Source: a bacterium (GTDB lineage Bacteria; SAR324; NAC60-12). Taken from it: 64,000 nucleotides of DNA. A program made the position numbers and the translations under genes. This document shows, piece after piece, positions 51,299-62,876 of this stretch. The notes beneath the pieces were generated by a model, which was not told the origin of the DNA, ran no database searches, and worked only from the letters and a program-made list of their open reading frames with translations. The stretch is taken from NCBI GenBank assembly GCA_965209155.1, contig OZ242383.1:576001-640000 (forward strand), read 5' to 3'. Every line of letters starts with the position of its first letter. Within the stretch, counting starts at the first letter, position 1.

Positions 51299-52482
51299 GC
51301 CGGAGTCGTATCTATTCTCCTCGAAAAACAGCCACGCTGCAAGCCTGGGTCAACGTGCGCATCCAACAAAATCAGCCCTTTGCGATTCGAGGCGCCAATT
51401 CGAGGAATTCGGAGAACGGCCTAGACGTCTTGTCCACCCGGAATCTCAAGGATATTCTTTTTTTTGATCCGGATGATATGGTGATTGGCGTCCAAGCGGG
51501 GGTGCGCGCCAGGGACTTGCAAATCCGTATCCATCAAAAAAAAATGTTTCTCCCCTTCAACCCCTGGTATCCGGATTCTACGATAGGCAGCGTCGTCGCC
51601 TGCAATGATTATGGCGCCAACCGGATGAATGGTGGAGGGTTGCGAGATTCCATAATCGGCATTGAATACCTCAACGGCAAAGGCGAGTTGGTGAAAGCGG
51701 GGGGACGGGTCGTGAAAAATGTAACCGGTTATGATCTCAGCAGGATGATGCTTGGCAGTCGAGGAGGGTTGGGCGTGATCACGGCCGTCAATTTCAAAAT
51801 TCTCCCTCAACCACCCGCTGCTTCGGTGCTCTACTGCAGCTTCAGAAATGACCAATGGCTGCAAAAAGTCAAAGTTCTCCAGGAGCGAATGATCCCCGTG
51901 GATTGGATTGAATCCGTCAGCACCAAATCGGCGGGTTGGGTGATCGGAATAGGATTTTCGGGAATCAGCGAACGTCAAAATCGCATTGCCAGGGACTTAC
52001 GCGCTATTTTTTCTGAAGATTGCCAGGTGGTTCCGGAAGGGAAAATAACGAAACGTTACTCGATCGTGCCTGGCCAAAAACGCTTTTTTGGCTTTCTTCC
52101 GGATTTGTTGAGACCTTTGAATCTTGGAAAGCATTATCTCCACCTGCATTGCGTGGCGTCCACTGCGGAAATGCTGGTCCAAGTCAATTTTCAGGAATTC
52201 CTCTCACAAGGAGCTTGTGCGGTGGTTCATCCCATCGGAGGTGATTTTCATTTGATTCAACCTCGAGAATCGGTCGATGCGCAGAAAACAATGGTCGACT
52301 CTTTGAAAAATCAACTGAAAAATTCAGAGGGTACCCTCTCTTTGATCCGCTCTGCTCCGGGGTTGACTACGAAGGACCTGGAAAGGTTTGCGATTCCGAA
52401 TGCGTACGCTCTGATGAAATCCTTGAAACGGCAATTGGACCCTGCCACCGTTTTTCATGCGCCTTTTTACGAACTCGACTGA
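51295..52482 (+). CDS. glcE: Glycolate oxidase subunit GlcE-like
   Basis: GGRVVKNVTGYDL motif; lies between glcD and glcF. Confidence 0.82.
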   Translation: MSRSRIYSPRKTATLQAWVNVRIQQNQPFAIRGANSRNSENGLDVLSTRNLKDILFFDPDDMVIGVQAGVRARDLQIRIHQKKMFLPFNPWYPDSTIGSVVACNDYGANRMNGGGLRDSIIGIEYLNGKGELVKAGGRVVKNVTGYDLSRMMLGSRGGLGVITAVNFKILPQPPAASVLYCSFRNDQWLQKVKVLQERMIPVDWIESVSTKSAGWVIGIGFSGISERQNRIARDLRAIFSEDCQVVPEGKITKRYSIVPGQKRFFGFLPDLLRPLNLGKHYLHLHCVASTAEMLVQVNFQEFLSQGACAVVHPIGGDFHLIQPRESVDAQKTMVDSLKNQLKNSEGTLSLIRSAPGLTTKDLERFAIPNAYALMKSLKRQLDPATVFHAPFYELD

Positions 52483-52493
52483 AGAATATAGTC

Positions 52494-53849
52494 ATGAGCG
52501 ACCTGCATCTACCGGACCAGAATAACAATTCATTCTTATTTGAAAATGTGGATTTTGAAGGAATCCTTTCATGCGTGCATTGCGGTTTGTGCCTGGACGT
52601 CTGCCCGACCTACCGGGAACTGGGAATGGAACAGGATTCTCCTCGGGGAAGACTTTTCCTCATGCGTGGGCTCTGGCAAAATGAACTTGAATTGAGTGAG
52701 GACGTCATCGCTCCATTAAACCGCTGTCTCGATTGTCGGGCCTGTGAAAGCGCTTGTCCTTCCAATGTGCATTATGGGGAACTGCTGGAAAAAACGCGAG
52801 GGGTGATTCAGCAGAACGTACCACAAAGTTATAAAGAGCGGTTTCTGCGCAAAGTCTTTTTAAAACGTCTTTTGATTTCGACGAATTTGTTGCGATGGGT
52901 CAGTATTGTCATGAAAATTTACATCGCTTTGAAAATTCCTCAACTGGTCACTCGTACTTTTCTCAAAAGACTGCTTCCCCGGCGTGTCGTCGCCGGACAG
53001 GACATGTTGCCACGCTTTTCCGGCAGTTCCTTTAAAAGGAAATATGCCGCGAAAGGCCCCCTGTCACCCAGCCATCGTCAGAAAGCGCGCTTCCAGGTCG
53101 GATTTTTTACGGGATGCGTCATGGACGTCTCCGAGGTATCCACGCATGAATCCAGTCTGAAATTACTGCGAGCAGCAGGCTCTGAAGTGGTTGTCCCTAA
53201 AGAACAAACCTGCTGTGGCGCGTTGCATGTTCACAGTGGTGACCGCGAGACAGCCCGTGAGCTGGCCAGACGAAATCTTTCTGTTTTCGCCAGTCAGCCT
53301 TGGGATGCGATCATCGTCAATGCGGCGGGATGCGGGGCTCAATTGAAAGAATATCATCACCTGTTTTCAAAAAATGAAGCGATTGCTCAAGAAGGATTGC
53401 CAGCATTTCAAAGCAAGACGATTGATATCCTCGAATTTTTATCTCAGCTCCCCGATTTTGTAACAAACCTTCCCTGGAAACGAGAAGAAGAAGTGGTTCT
53501 TTATGATGCGCCCTGCCATTTGAAATATGCTCAAGGGGTTGATAAGAATCCTCAAAAATTAATGAACCGTCTTCCCGGGGTCACCCTGGTTCCGCTCAGT
53601 GAATCCGACTGGTGCTGCGGTTCTGCGGGAATCTATAATTTAGTACAACCGGATTTGGCCAATGCGGTTCTTTCCAAAAAACTGGATTCCGTGGCAGAAA
53701 CCCTCGCTCGTTTTCCGGAGGCGCGTACGCTGGTCTCCGGGAATCCGGGATGTCTTTTCCAGATCCGGGCTGGTATACAGTCCCGGAATTATCCCTTGCG
53801 GGTGATCCATCCTGCCGTCTTTATGGCAGAAAGGCTTTTGGAAAAATAG
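52494..53849 (+). CDS. glcF: Glycolate oxidase Fe-S subunit
   Basis: CVHCGLCLDVCP, CLDCRACESACP and two CCG domains. Confidence 0.9.
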   Translation: MSDLHLPDQNNNSFLFENVDFEGILSCVHCGLCLDVCPTYRELGMEQDSPRGRLFLMRGLWQNELELSEDVIAPLNRCLDCRACESACPSNVHYGELLEKTRGVIQQNVPQSYKERFLRKVFLKRLLISTNLLRWVSIVMKIYIALKIPQLVTRTFLKRLLPRRVVAGQDMLPRFSGSSFKRKYAAKGPLSPSHRQKARFQVGFFTGCVMDVSEVSTHESSLKLLRAAGSEVVVPKEQTCCGALHVHSGDRETARELARRNLSVFASQPWDAIIVNAAGCGAQLKEYHHLFSKNEAIAQEGLPAFQSKTIDILEFLSQLPDFVTNLPWKREEEVVLYDAPCHLKYAQGVDKNPQKLMNRLPGVTLVPLSESDWCCGSAGIYNLVQPDLANAVLSKKLDSVAETLARFPEARTLVSGNPGCLFQIRAGIQSRNYPLRVIHPAVFMAERLLEK

Positions 53850-54002
53850 TTCAAGAAGACGTAATCCTGGCTCATCCACCAAAGAAACACGTATTTTATG
53901 AATAAAGTCCGGAAATCTTGATCAGTCCAATCATCTGAATGAAGAAATCGCTATGCATCGCTGATGTATCTGTCTCTTGCAAGCCTCTTTATTTTTAAGT
54001 AG

Positions 54003-55161
<1,159 letters not shown>

Positions 55162-55163
55162 AG

Positions 55164-55404
55164 AACCTGAGTTCGAGATAAGCATTTAATCAATTCAATA
55201 TGTAAAGGAATCTTCATATCTCAGAGAATCCTTGTCATTCTTGGCTTGACCAGGAATCCAGAGGTAGGCAGCCAGAAAGAAATCTGGATCTCCGCTCCCC
55301 GCTCCCCGCTTTCGCGGGGACAAGTTTAGCGGGAACAAATTTAGTGAGGATGACCTATACACCACAATATTCCTATTATTGAAGATTTCTGTCGAACTCA
55401 GGTT
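55164..55404. mobile_element. MITE-like element with AACCTGAGTTCGA terminal IRs, enclosing a REP doublet
   Basis: 13-bp perfect IR at 55164-55176 and 55392-55404; AAAG on both flanks; REP at 55233-55354. Confidence 0.72.
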
Positions 55405-55507
55405 AAAGATGGTTTTAATCCGGAATATTCAAGCCGGAGTAGCAAATTCGGTGACAGGATCTCCCAAAATTCGCGTGCGAACTTTTTGACGATCTCGATT
55501 TTAAGGC

Positions 55508-55537
55508 TTGACACGCCGGATTTATGGATGCTATCGT
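55508..55537 (+). promoter_or_regulatory. Candidate sigma70 promoter for the LLM gene
   Basis: TTGACA-N18-TATCGT with an extended -10 TG. Confidence 0.45.
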
Positions 55538-55659
55538 TTCGAGAATTATTTTTAATCCTGCGCAGTCGAGGGGATCACCAAGGTTGAATAACCGGTTACC
55601 TGCGGCGCATACAGGTTTGTACCAACTCTTATTGGGGCGATGGGAAGGAGATTTATACC

Positions 55660-56604
55660 ATGAAATTCGGGATTCAAGTTAACTGTTATAACACCAAGTG
55701 GGACGATATCGCGCGATCGGTTGAAGCAATGGAGGCGGGTCCTTGGGACAGCCTCTGGTTCGCAGACCACTTTTTTCCACCATGGGGCGGGCCAAAGGGA
55801 AGCCGGAAGACCGAGCACCTGCCCGCATTCGAAGGCTACACGCTGATTGCGGTGGCGGCCGGGATGACCAGCAAGCTGAAGTTGGGACATTTGGTGTTGG
55901 GCAACACCTACCGCAATCCGGCGCTGCTGGCGAAGATGGCGACCTCGCTCGACCAGGCATCCAAAGGCCGGTTCACGCTGTCGCTGGGCGCCGGGTGGTG
56001 CGAGCGCGAGCATTATGGCTTCGGCTGGACGTTTCCCACCATGCGTGAACGCCAGGATCGATTCGAGGAGGCATGCCAGCTGATCCGCACGCTGTTCACC
56101 ACGGAAGGTCCGATCGATTTCCGTGGCCGTTACTACCGAGCGGACCAGTTGCAGCTTTCTCCCGGCAGTTACCAGCAGCCACACATTCCAATCCTTGTGG
56201 GTGGTACCGGCGAGCGACGCACGCTGCGCACCCTTGCCAGGTATGGTGACGTGTTCAATTTGGACGGTTGGGCAGGACAAGGGGTTGCGCTCAAGACCTA
56301 CCGGCACAAGGTGGAGGTGCTGGAACGTCATTGCGAGGACGCCGGACGTGACCCGGCCGAGATCAGGCGTACCATCCTCATGCCAATCGTGGTCGGCGAG
56401 GATCAGGCAGCAAGAGAAGCCGGTGAACGTCTCACCAAGTCCCTTGGCGCAGGGACAATGGTCGGTACGCGCCAGAAGGTGGTGGACCGGATCGGGAAGC
56501 TGATTGACGAAGGAGTCGACGAGATCATGTTCGGAAATATCCCCACCGGTGGAGTCGAGGAAATCCAGCGCATCGAGCAGGAAATTGTCGCCGCCTTCGA
56601 TTGA
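55660..56604 (+). CDS. LLM class oxidoreductase, probably F420-dependent
   Basis: ADHF, NTYRNPALLAKMA and SLGAGW motifs; paralog of 3188-4114. Confidence 0.85.
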   Translation: MKFGIQVNCYNTKWDDIARSVEAMEAGPWDSLWFADHFFPPWGGPKGSRKTEHLPAFEGYTLIAVAAGMTSKLKLGHLVLGNTYRNPALLAKMATSLDQASKGRFTLSLGAGWCEREHYGFGWTFPTMRERQDRFEEACQLIRTLFTTEGPIDFRGRYYRADQLQLSPGSYQQPHIPILVGGTGERRTLRTLARYGDVFNLDGWAGQGVALKTYRHKVEVLERHCEDAGRDPAEIRRTILMPIVVGEDQAAREAGERLTKSLGAGTMVGTRQKVVDRIGKLIDEGVDEIMFGNIPTGGVEEIQRIEQEIVAAFD

Positions 56605-56910
56605 GGGGATCGTTTTAGGTCTTTAAATTTCAGCCAACGGAATATTCCTTTGGATGGTTTATAGACCTTGTCGAGGTATTTTTCGGTCAACTTCCAGACG
56701 CATCCGTTGACCGTTTTCCGATTCTCGTCGTCTCAATCCAGTTCGGGACTCGAAGCGCTCCAGCAGGTGACGAGGGGCGCTTGAGACGAACAGGAGAAAT
56801 AGAAGTTTCGATGCTTTTAAAACACCACGCGGGTGGATTCTTGGAGAGAGCCATCAAATCCCCAAGCCCCCCGCGCGGAGAAAGATTCCTTATTTCTTGA
56901 CAAATAAGGG

Positions 56911-57351
56911 TTAGATATCCGTCTGCGAAGTCGTTGAATCCGTGCTAAAAAATCGCGAGAAAACCCGGTGTTCCAAGATCTCTGACATGGAATTTCGATG
57001 CCCGTCCTTGAAATATCCCCAGTGATCCCCCCGTTTTCCATCACGATGGTGTCTTCCTTTTCCTTTCCAACGATCATTGCGCATTTCTTTCAACTGCTCC
57101 AATTGCGCTTCATTGAGCACCGCTTCGAATTGGTCACGGGTTGCTTGACGCAGCGCGCGTAACTCCTTTTGTAACGCTTCTTCTTTATTTTCAGATTCTT
57201 CAAATATCTTGCGCAATCTGTCCACCTGCTCATCACTGAGTTCCAGTCGCTCCTGCAACCGGTCCAGGTAGCCGTCGATGGAATGCGCAGCCACCACGGC
57301 TCCTACTAACAAACCGACACCGATTATACTTCCAACAATCATTTTTTTCAT
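56911..57351 (-). CDS. Secreted Spy/CpxP-like helical protein
   Basis: Signal peptide; LELSDEQ and VLNEAQ motifs. Confidence 0.55.
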   Translation of the reverse strand: MKKMIVGSIIGVGLLVGAVVAAHSIDGYLDRLQERLELSDEQVDRLRKIFEESENKEEALQKELRALRQATRDQFEAVLNEAQLEQLKEMRNDRWKGKGRHHRDGKRGDHWGYFKDGHRNSMSEILEHRVFSRFFSTDSTTSQTDI

Positions 57352-57578
57352 AGTTTCCTCATTTCAATCAGGATTGATAAACAGGACGTCGACCTTCGAC
57401 ATCCACTGAGGCCAGTATAAACAATGCAATGTTTTTTGAGGGTCAAGAGAGAGTAAAGATATTGTAAATTTTTACGAGCTGTTGCCGGTTCCATCAGAAA
57501 AAGGATTCTGCAGGTATTTGAAGACGCCATCTCCTTGTTTCTCTGGTACGCCACAGCGAAAGTACGTGGATCCCCTTA

Positions 57579-57698
57579 TGTCGTTCCCGCGAAGGCGAGG
57601 AGCGGGAATCCAGGGTATCGAGTCAATCCTTTCCCCGGAATCGGAAACCAGAGTATCGAAAAGTCCCCCTGGATTCCGGGGCTTCGCCCGGAATGACA
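57579..57698. repeat. TGTC-type REP doublet
   Basis: TGTCGTTCCCGCG..GGAATCCAGGG and CCCTGGATTCC..GGAATGACA. Confidence 0.75.
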
Positions 57699-57765
57699 AG
57701 ACCGCGAATAGCCGGAAGGAGCAGAACTTGGATGCGCTTTTTAACCTGAGCCGATCAAGCAGTCG

Positions 57766-58203
57766 TTATTCAATAACTGTTATTGTAATCTTTTCCGAGA
57801 TCACGGGGGGAGAATGGGGCGTATGCAGGTAATCTCCCAGAACGAGTTGCAGGGTATGCTGACCCGGTTCGAGCTCGATCTCTGCTTCTGTCTGTCCCAA
57901 CCCGAAATGGACGACCTGGTCCGTGGCGGGGAGAGGTAGATCCATTGCGGGCATATCCCCTTCTGCCACATCGATGAGGACATGGTGATGCCCCGTATTG
58001 GGAAACTGTATGCCCGCAGGCGCAACTCCCATCCCCTCCAGTCCGAATCGTATGGTCACGGGTGAGGTGACAACTGCCCCATCCTCGGGCGACTGGATAT
58101 AGACCCTCGCATCATCCGGGGATGGTGACCTCTCCTGCGCTTCGGCAAGCGCAACGGGAACAAATAGAAGAAGAACAGTGATCCATGGTATTTGTATTTT
58201 CAT
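57766..58203 (-). CDS. DUF4399-like secreted protein
   Basis: FGLEGMGVAPAG..TGHHH..HFG.GQTE..L.PG.HTLQL motif. Confidence 0.82.
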   Translation of the reverse strand: MKIQIPWITVLLLFVPVALAEAQERSPSPDDARVYIQSPEDGAVVTSPVTIRFGLEGMGVAPAGIQFPNTGHHHVLIDVAEGDMPAMDLPLPATDQVVHFGLGQTEAEIELEPGQHTLQLVLGDYLHTPHSPPVISEKITITVIE

Positions 58204-58290
58204 AATTCTTTCCTTTTTTTGTACGATTTAAAAATGCATGCGTCGAGGATCAGGATACGGTTTATCTTCACATCAACGCATGAGACCTCA

Positions 58291-58494
58291 TTACCTGACA
58301 GATACAGGGCGTGATATAAATAAAATTTCCTTCACATTCTCAATGTATTCTATTTGGAGAGTTTTGTCATCAGTAAATATCGTCATTACTATGAGAGCCG
58401 GTATTAAGGCCAATCCTATCAGAAATGAAAAAAACGCGATGCTGTGAATCATCCAAACTTTTTCATATGACTCCTTACTATTCAATCGCGTCAT
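58291..58494 (-). CDS. Small hypothetical membrane protein
   Basis: One TM segment, AAGGAG near the start; AT-rich. Confidence 0.3.
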   Translation of the reverse strand: MTRLNSKESYEKVWMIHSIAFFSFLIGLALIPALIVMTIFTDDKTLQIEYIENVKEILFISRPVSVR

Positions 58495-58924
58495 AATTCA
58501 AATATTTGAATATCATGAAATTTTTCTTCTCATTATAAACCGTTTCTCCTATCTCGATTAATTGAGTACCTCCCCACTTGGTATATTCTGCAAATTCCTG
58601 GTTTTCTATCAAAAGCATTGTGACATGACCTGTGGAGTCATTGATTGAAAATTCGCATTTAAATCCATAATTTATTTGAGAATGACTTGGAGAAAATAAG
58701 TTCCCCAATGAATTCATCAAGTTTAGAATGAAGGAATGCTCCACAATCTTTTTCAAGTCAGGAATGACACGTCGATGCGATTCTAAATTTGCGCTGCTTT
58801 TCCGCAATCATCTTTGTGCCTTTGTGCCTCTCCTCTGTGCCTTTGCTTCTGGCTGGAAAATGTGTCATGAATCCCAAATGAAACTCTTATTGTAATCATT
58901 TGCTCACGTTAATTCAGTTAATTT

Positions 58925-58989
58925 AACCCGAATTCGAGATAAGCATTTAATGATTTCCAAATATTGAAGATTAATCTCGAACTCAGGTT
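58925..58989. mobile_element. Minimal (65 bp) copy of the AACCTGAGTTCGA MITE-like element
   Basis: AACCCGAATTCGAGATAAGCATTTAAT..ATTGAAGATT..TCGAACTCAGGTT. Confidence 0.65.
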
Positions 58990-59073
58990 AATTGAATTTC
59001 GTCGTGATGTGACGAAACGTTACGTATGACGAGTTTTAACAAAGATTCCCACCCGGATTGATGGAAATAAGAT

Positions 59074-59292
59074 ATGTCGAGTAAAAAATTTCTGAAATCA
59101 GTTTTGACAAGACAAATGAAAAATCCTGCTCAAATTTTTCTGCTGGTATTGATGGCAATAGTTGTGTTAACGTTGTCTTGTTACCGGTACGAAAAGGTGA
59201 GCGGAACAAACCTGATTGACGGATCGGTTCCTTGTCCTGAAACGAAAATAAGATGGAGACATCAGAAGAGGGATTGTAAAAATGGATATTAA
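59074..59292 (+). CDS. Small hypothetical lipoprotein-like ORF
   Basis: Hydrophobic stretch ending in LSC. Confidence 0.3.
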   Translation: MSSKKFLKSVLTRQMKNPAQIFLLVLMAIVVLTLSCYRYEKVSGTNLIDGSVPCPETKIRWRHQKRDCKNGY

Positions 59293-59551
59293 AAAAATTG
59301 AATACGAAAAAAATATTGAATTTCTTAAAAAGGAAAATATTTCAGAAATCGCATTCATCCAAAAAGTGTTAATTTATACGTTGATTTATATTGATTTTAA
59401 AAATCCCGAAATCCATGTACTCCAAAACTTAAATACGATAAAAAAGCATCTGCTTGATCTTTCAAAGAAGGATTTTCCTCAAGATCAGATTGATACGATA
59501 AACAATCATCTTCAGAATATTGCTGATTTAATTCAGAATTCAAAGTCGTAA
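59282..59551 (+). CDS. Hypothetical protein (AT-rich)
   Basis: 89-aa ORF overlapping the previous one. Confidence 0.35.
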   Translation: MDIKKIEYEKNIEFLKKENISEIAFIQKVLIYTLIYIDFKNPEIHVLQNLNTIKKHLLDLSKKDFPQDQIDTINNHLQNIADLIQNSKS

Positions 59552-59624
59552 TTTACTTTACATTTGAGGGGTAGATGACATATGCGCTTAAGACAAGCCT
59601 AGTACAAATAAGCATTTAATAAAT

Positions 59625-60461
59625 TCAATATGTCAGGGATTCCTCATTCTTAGAGAATCCGTGTCCTTCAGCAGAGTCGACCTGTGGGGGCGGGGGGCAG
59701 GGAGTGTACTCATAGAGGTAGAACCGTGAACCCCAGTGAATAAAGGGTTGCAGTGATTTGAAAATTCCACCCTGGGTGATGCACTTCGTAAAATCCGTAG
59801 AATGACTATGATAAATCAGCCATCCTTTTCTGGGAAAGGTTTTCAATGACGAATGGATCTGGTCGAGGCACTGACTTAAAATGTATTCATCAAAGGGATG
59901 AAAAAAATAAAAAACGTTGTCTTCCTTTCGCACTTGGTAATGGACGACGTCTGTATGAATCAACTCGAATCGATCATTGCCGGTTCTTTCTACGTAGTCT
60001 CGTATGTTACCTTGGGCGAGTTGATAGAGGGTCGGACTGAATTCCAACCCTTTGATTTTATGAATGCCGCATTCAGCAGCCAGGATCATCACTCTTCCTT
60101 TCCCCGCTCCATAATCGACCAACACGATGGAATCGTCCGGCAGGTTCAGTGCTTCGATCATCTTTTTAAATGGGACAATATGAGTGGTACAATAAAAAGT
60201 GGAGTGTTTTTTATTGATCAGAAAATCTTCGATAAGGTTTAAATTCAATAAGAAATTATCGGTTTTACGATAAGACCTGAACCAGATCCACTCTCTTAAA
60301 TAATTCAATAAGTACAGACAGTTACAGTAAATCCTGTTATTCACGATCGAGTGAATGATGGTTCTCAGTGCTTTACCGGTAACAGAAATTTCTTTATCTT
60401 GATCCGGCTGTCTTTTTCTTATCGGTTTTTGGTCTCTTCGATTTTTCATGATTCTTCTCAT
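59625..60461 (-). CDS. Class I SAM-dependent methyltransferase
   Basis: VDYGAGKGR, GLEFS and FYFFHPF motifs. Confidence 0.8.
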   Translation of the reverse strand: MRRIMKNRRDQKPIRKRQPDQDKEISVTGKALRTIIHSIVNNRIYCNCLYLLNYLREWIWFRSYRKTDNFLLNLNLIEDFLINKKHSTFYCTTHIVPFKKMIEALNLPDDSIVLVDYGAGKGRVMILAAECGIHKIKGLEFSPTLYQLAQGNIRDYVERTGNDRFELIHTDVVHYQVRKEDNVFYFFHPFDEYILSQCLDQIHSSLKTFPRKGWLIYHSHSTDFTKCITQGGIFKSLQPFIHWGSRFYLYEYTPCPPPPQVDSAEGHGFSKNEESLTY

Positions 60462-60581
60462 GGGGAGATTTTTAATGATTCAGTCCAAAATATCAAGGTT
60501 CATGCCACAGTATCCCATGCCCCTGTTTCGAATATTGAGCCTCTTGTGCTGCGTCATTAACACAATCAACGGGTACCGGAC

Positions 60582-61610
60582 ATGCGTATGTTTACTTTCT
60601 GTTTGACCTTTCTGCTGGCAGCTTCCCTTCCATTTACTCCGGAGGCGAGTGAATTGCTCAAGGTGGTGAGTTGGAATATCGCAAATCTTCACCACAAACC
60701 CGGAGTGCCCCTGCGGAACAGGGCGGTGCCACGGGACGAGATGGACTATCAGCGTCTCCGTCAAGTGGTCGAAAACCTGGATGCCGATATTCTGGCGTTG
60801 CAGGAAATCGGCTCTCCTGCGGCACTGGGCCGGATCATTCCGGAGGAGCATTATCACTTGATCGTGTCAGGTCGTTATCAACAGGGTATCGAATTGCTCC
60901 CTCCTGAACAACGCGAAATTTTTGTCGCCCTTGCGATTTCAAAGAAAACCTTCCCCCGACTTCCCAAGGTTCAAACCCTGGACGCGCTGTCGATCCGGCA
61001 CCTGGACCTGCGCCATGGGAAAGCGGAGGAGCGAAGGACGCGGGCGGCGATGGTCGTCGAATTCGAATTGGAAGGACTCCCGGTCAAATTGCTGGCCGTG
61101 CACCTCAAATCGTTTTGTCATGGGTGGCCCCTGTTTCCGGTAGAAGATGAAGACTCCGAGACGAAAGTGGTATTCAATTCACGCTTCGCCTGCAGGACGC
61201 TTGTGGCGCAACATGCGATCCTGGAAAACTGGTTGGAACAACAGGCGGCGCAAGGCATCGCGACCATCGTTGCCGGTGACTTCAATCGCAGGATGAATCT
61301 CCCTTCTTCCGATGCTGGTGACGCAGATCACTTCTGGAAGGAACTCAACGACGGGAATCCCTCGGATCTGGAATTTGTGAAGGGACCCGAAGGCAAGGAT
61401 GAAGCGTGCTGGCCCTTCCATGAGCAAAGATACGAGGAACACATCGATTTCGTGGTGGTCGATAAAACCCTGCTGCGCAACGGACGGTCGCTGGAGTTCG
61501 GCAAGGTCAGCATGGGATATGAAGACGACCCCAGGTATGAAGGCAACGAGCGACAAAAACTGAGCGACCATTGCCCCGTGGTGATGACCCTGACCGGGGG
61601 TCAGGCTTGA
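60582..61610 (+). CDS. Secreted endonuclease/exonuclease/phosphatase (EEP) family protein
   Basis: Signal peptide; SWNI, ALQE, VHLKS, GDFN and SDHCP motifs. Confidence 0.88.
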   Translation: MRMFTFCLTFLLAASLPFTPEASELLKVVSWNIANLHHKPGVPLRNRAVPRDEMDYQRLRQVVENLDADILALQEIGSPAALGRIIPEEHYHLIVSGRYQQGIELLPPEQREIFVALAISKKTFPRLPKVQTLDALSIRHLDLRHGKAEERRTRAAMVVEFELEGLPVKLLAVHLKSFCHGWPLFPVEDEDSETKVVFNSRFACRTLVAQHAILENWLEQQAAQGIATIVAGDFNRRMNLPSSDAGDADHFWKELNDGNPSDLEFVKGPEGKDEACWPFHEQRYEEHIDFVVVDKTLLRNGRSLEFGKVSMGYEDDPRYEGNERQKLSDHCPVVMTLTGGQA

Positions 61611-61678
61611 AAGTTTGGAAAAGTAGCGTTATTTTTTTCTTCAAATCGATTTGACTTTCCTTTTCGTTTATTTTGGAG

Positions 61679-61790
61679 ATGGCTCGTCAACCACGCCTTT
61701 ACATCCTGGTGCGCTTTACCATGTGATGCTTCGTGGCAATGGAGGGCAACCCATTTTTTCTGTCCGCTCGACTATCGACCTTTTTATCAC
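61679..61790 (+). pseudogene. N-terminal remnant of a Y1/RAYT-type tyrosine transposase
   Basis: MARQPRL, then a frameshift, then HPGALYHVMLRGNGGQPIF. Confidence 0.7.
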
Positions 61791-61862
61791 CTGCTCCCAG
61801 AAGCTTCCCAACGCTTTGATCAAGGGAAATGCGGAGACTATGAAAATTTTCCGGGACTTATT

Positions 61863-62876
61863 TTGTATAAACCAACCATTTCCATTTTGATGCCGGTCCA
61901 CAACAATGAATCTTCCCTTGTGGAATGCCTGGAGAGCATCAGACGGCAAACAATAAACGATTTTGAATTGGTGATCGTTGACGATGGGTCGACGGACAAC
62001 AGCGGGAACATGCTGGCGCATCATGCCGGTCAGGACAAGCGAATCAAGTTGATCCGCCAGTCACGAAAGGGGATTGTGGAAGCCTTGAATCGAGGACTGC
62101 AAGATTGCGAAGGTCGCTATATCGCCCGCATGGACGGAGACGATTGGATGCATCCCCATCGTTTGCAGCGACAACTACAATTTTTCGAGGAACATCGAGG
62201 GTTGGACTTGATTGGGAGTCGGGTGGAAGGGCTTCCCACCACCACCGACTATCAAAAGTGGAGCAATGCGTTGATCACCGACGAGGAGATTAAAGAGGAA
62301 ATGTTTGTAGAATCTCCCATCATGCATCCTACGTTTTTTGCGAAACGCATGCTTTTTGACCAGTTGGGAGGGTATCGTCAGAATCCTTGGGCCGAAGACT
62401 ATGATTTCATATTGCGCGCCTACCAGCAAAATTTACGATTCGCTAAAGTCGACGAAGTGCTCGTTAAAAAATATGATTCTCCCACTCGCCTCTCTCGGGT
62501 CGATTGGAAATACAAACGCCCTGCCATGTTTCGCGCAAAAGTTCACTATTTTCTGCAATGTGGTTTCCTGTATAAAAAGAAAGGCGTCGTCATCGCCGGC
62601 ACCGGACCTTCGGGTCGTAATATCGCTTCATTTTTTCGGGAAAAGGGGATTGCCGTGTTGGGTTTTACCGACAATCGCCCGAGCCCTCCAAACCGCACGG
62701 TGATGGGAATTCCCGCATGGGGGATCGATGGATCCCTCCCGGATGAATTACAGTCCTTGATGGAGGAGACATACGTGATCCTGGCCATTGGCGGAAAAAA
62801 CGGGTACCAGCAATGGGTTCAATTGATGAACCGCCATGCATTGCGAAATGCCATCGAATTTAAGAGATTCCTTTAA
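61863..62876 (+). CDS. GT2 glycosyltransferase
   Basis: VDDGSTD, ARMDGDD and AEDYD motifs. Confidence 0.88.
   Translation: MYKPTISILMPVHNNESSLVECLESIRRQTINDFELVIVDDGSTDNSGNMLAHHAGQDKRIKLIRQSRKGIVEALNRGLQDCEGRYIARMDGDDWMHPHRLQRQLQFFEEHRGLDLIGSRVEGLPTTTDYQKWSNALITDEEIKEEMFVESPIMHPTFFAKRMLFDQLGGYRQNPWAEDYDFILRAYQQNLRFAKVDEVLVKKYDSPTRLSRVDWKYKRPAMFRAKVHYFLQCGFLYKKKGVVIAGTGPSGRNIASFFREKGIAVLGFTDNRPSPPNRTVMGIPAWGIDGSLPDELQSLMEETYVILAIGGKNGYQQWVQLMNRHALRNAIEFKRFL

Noticed and set aside
55233..55245. Second target site for the IS110 element
   Set aside because: It matches the left guide (TGTCATTCT) but reads CTTGG rather than CTGAG on the right.
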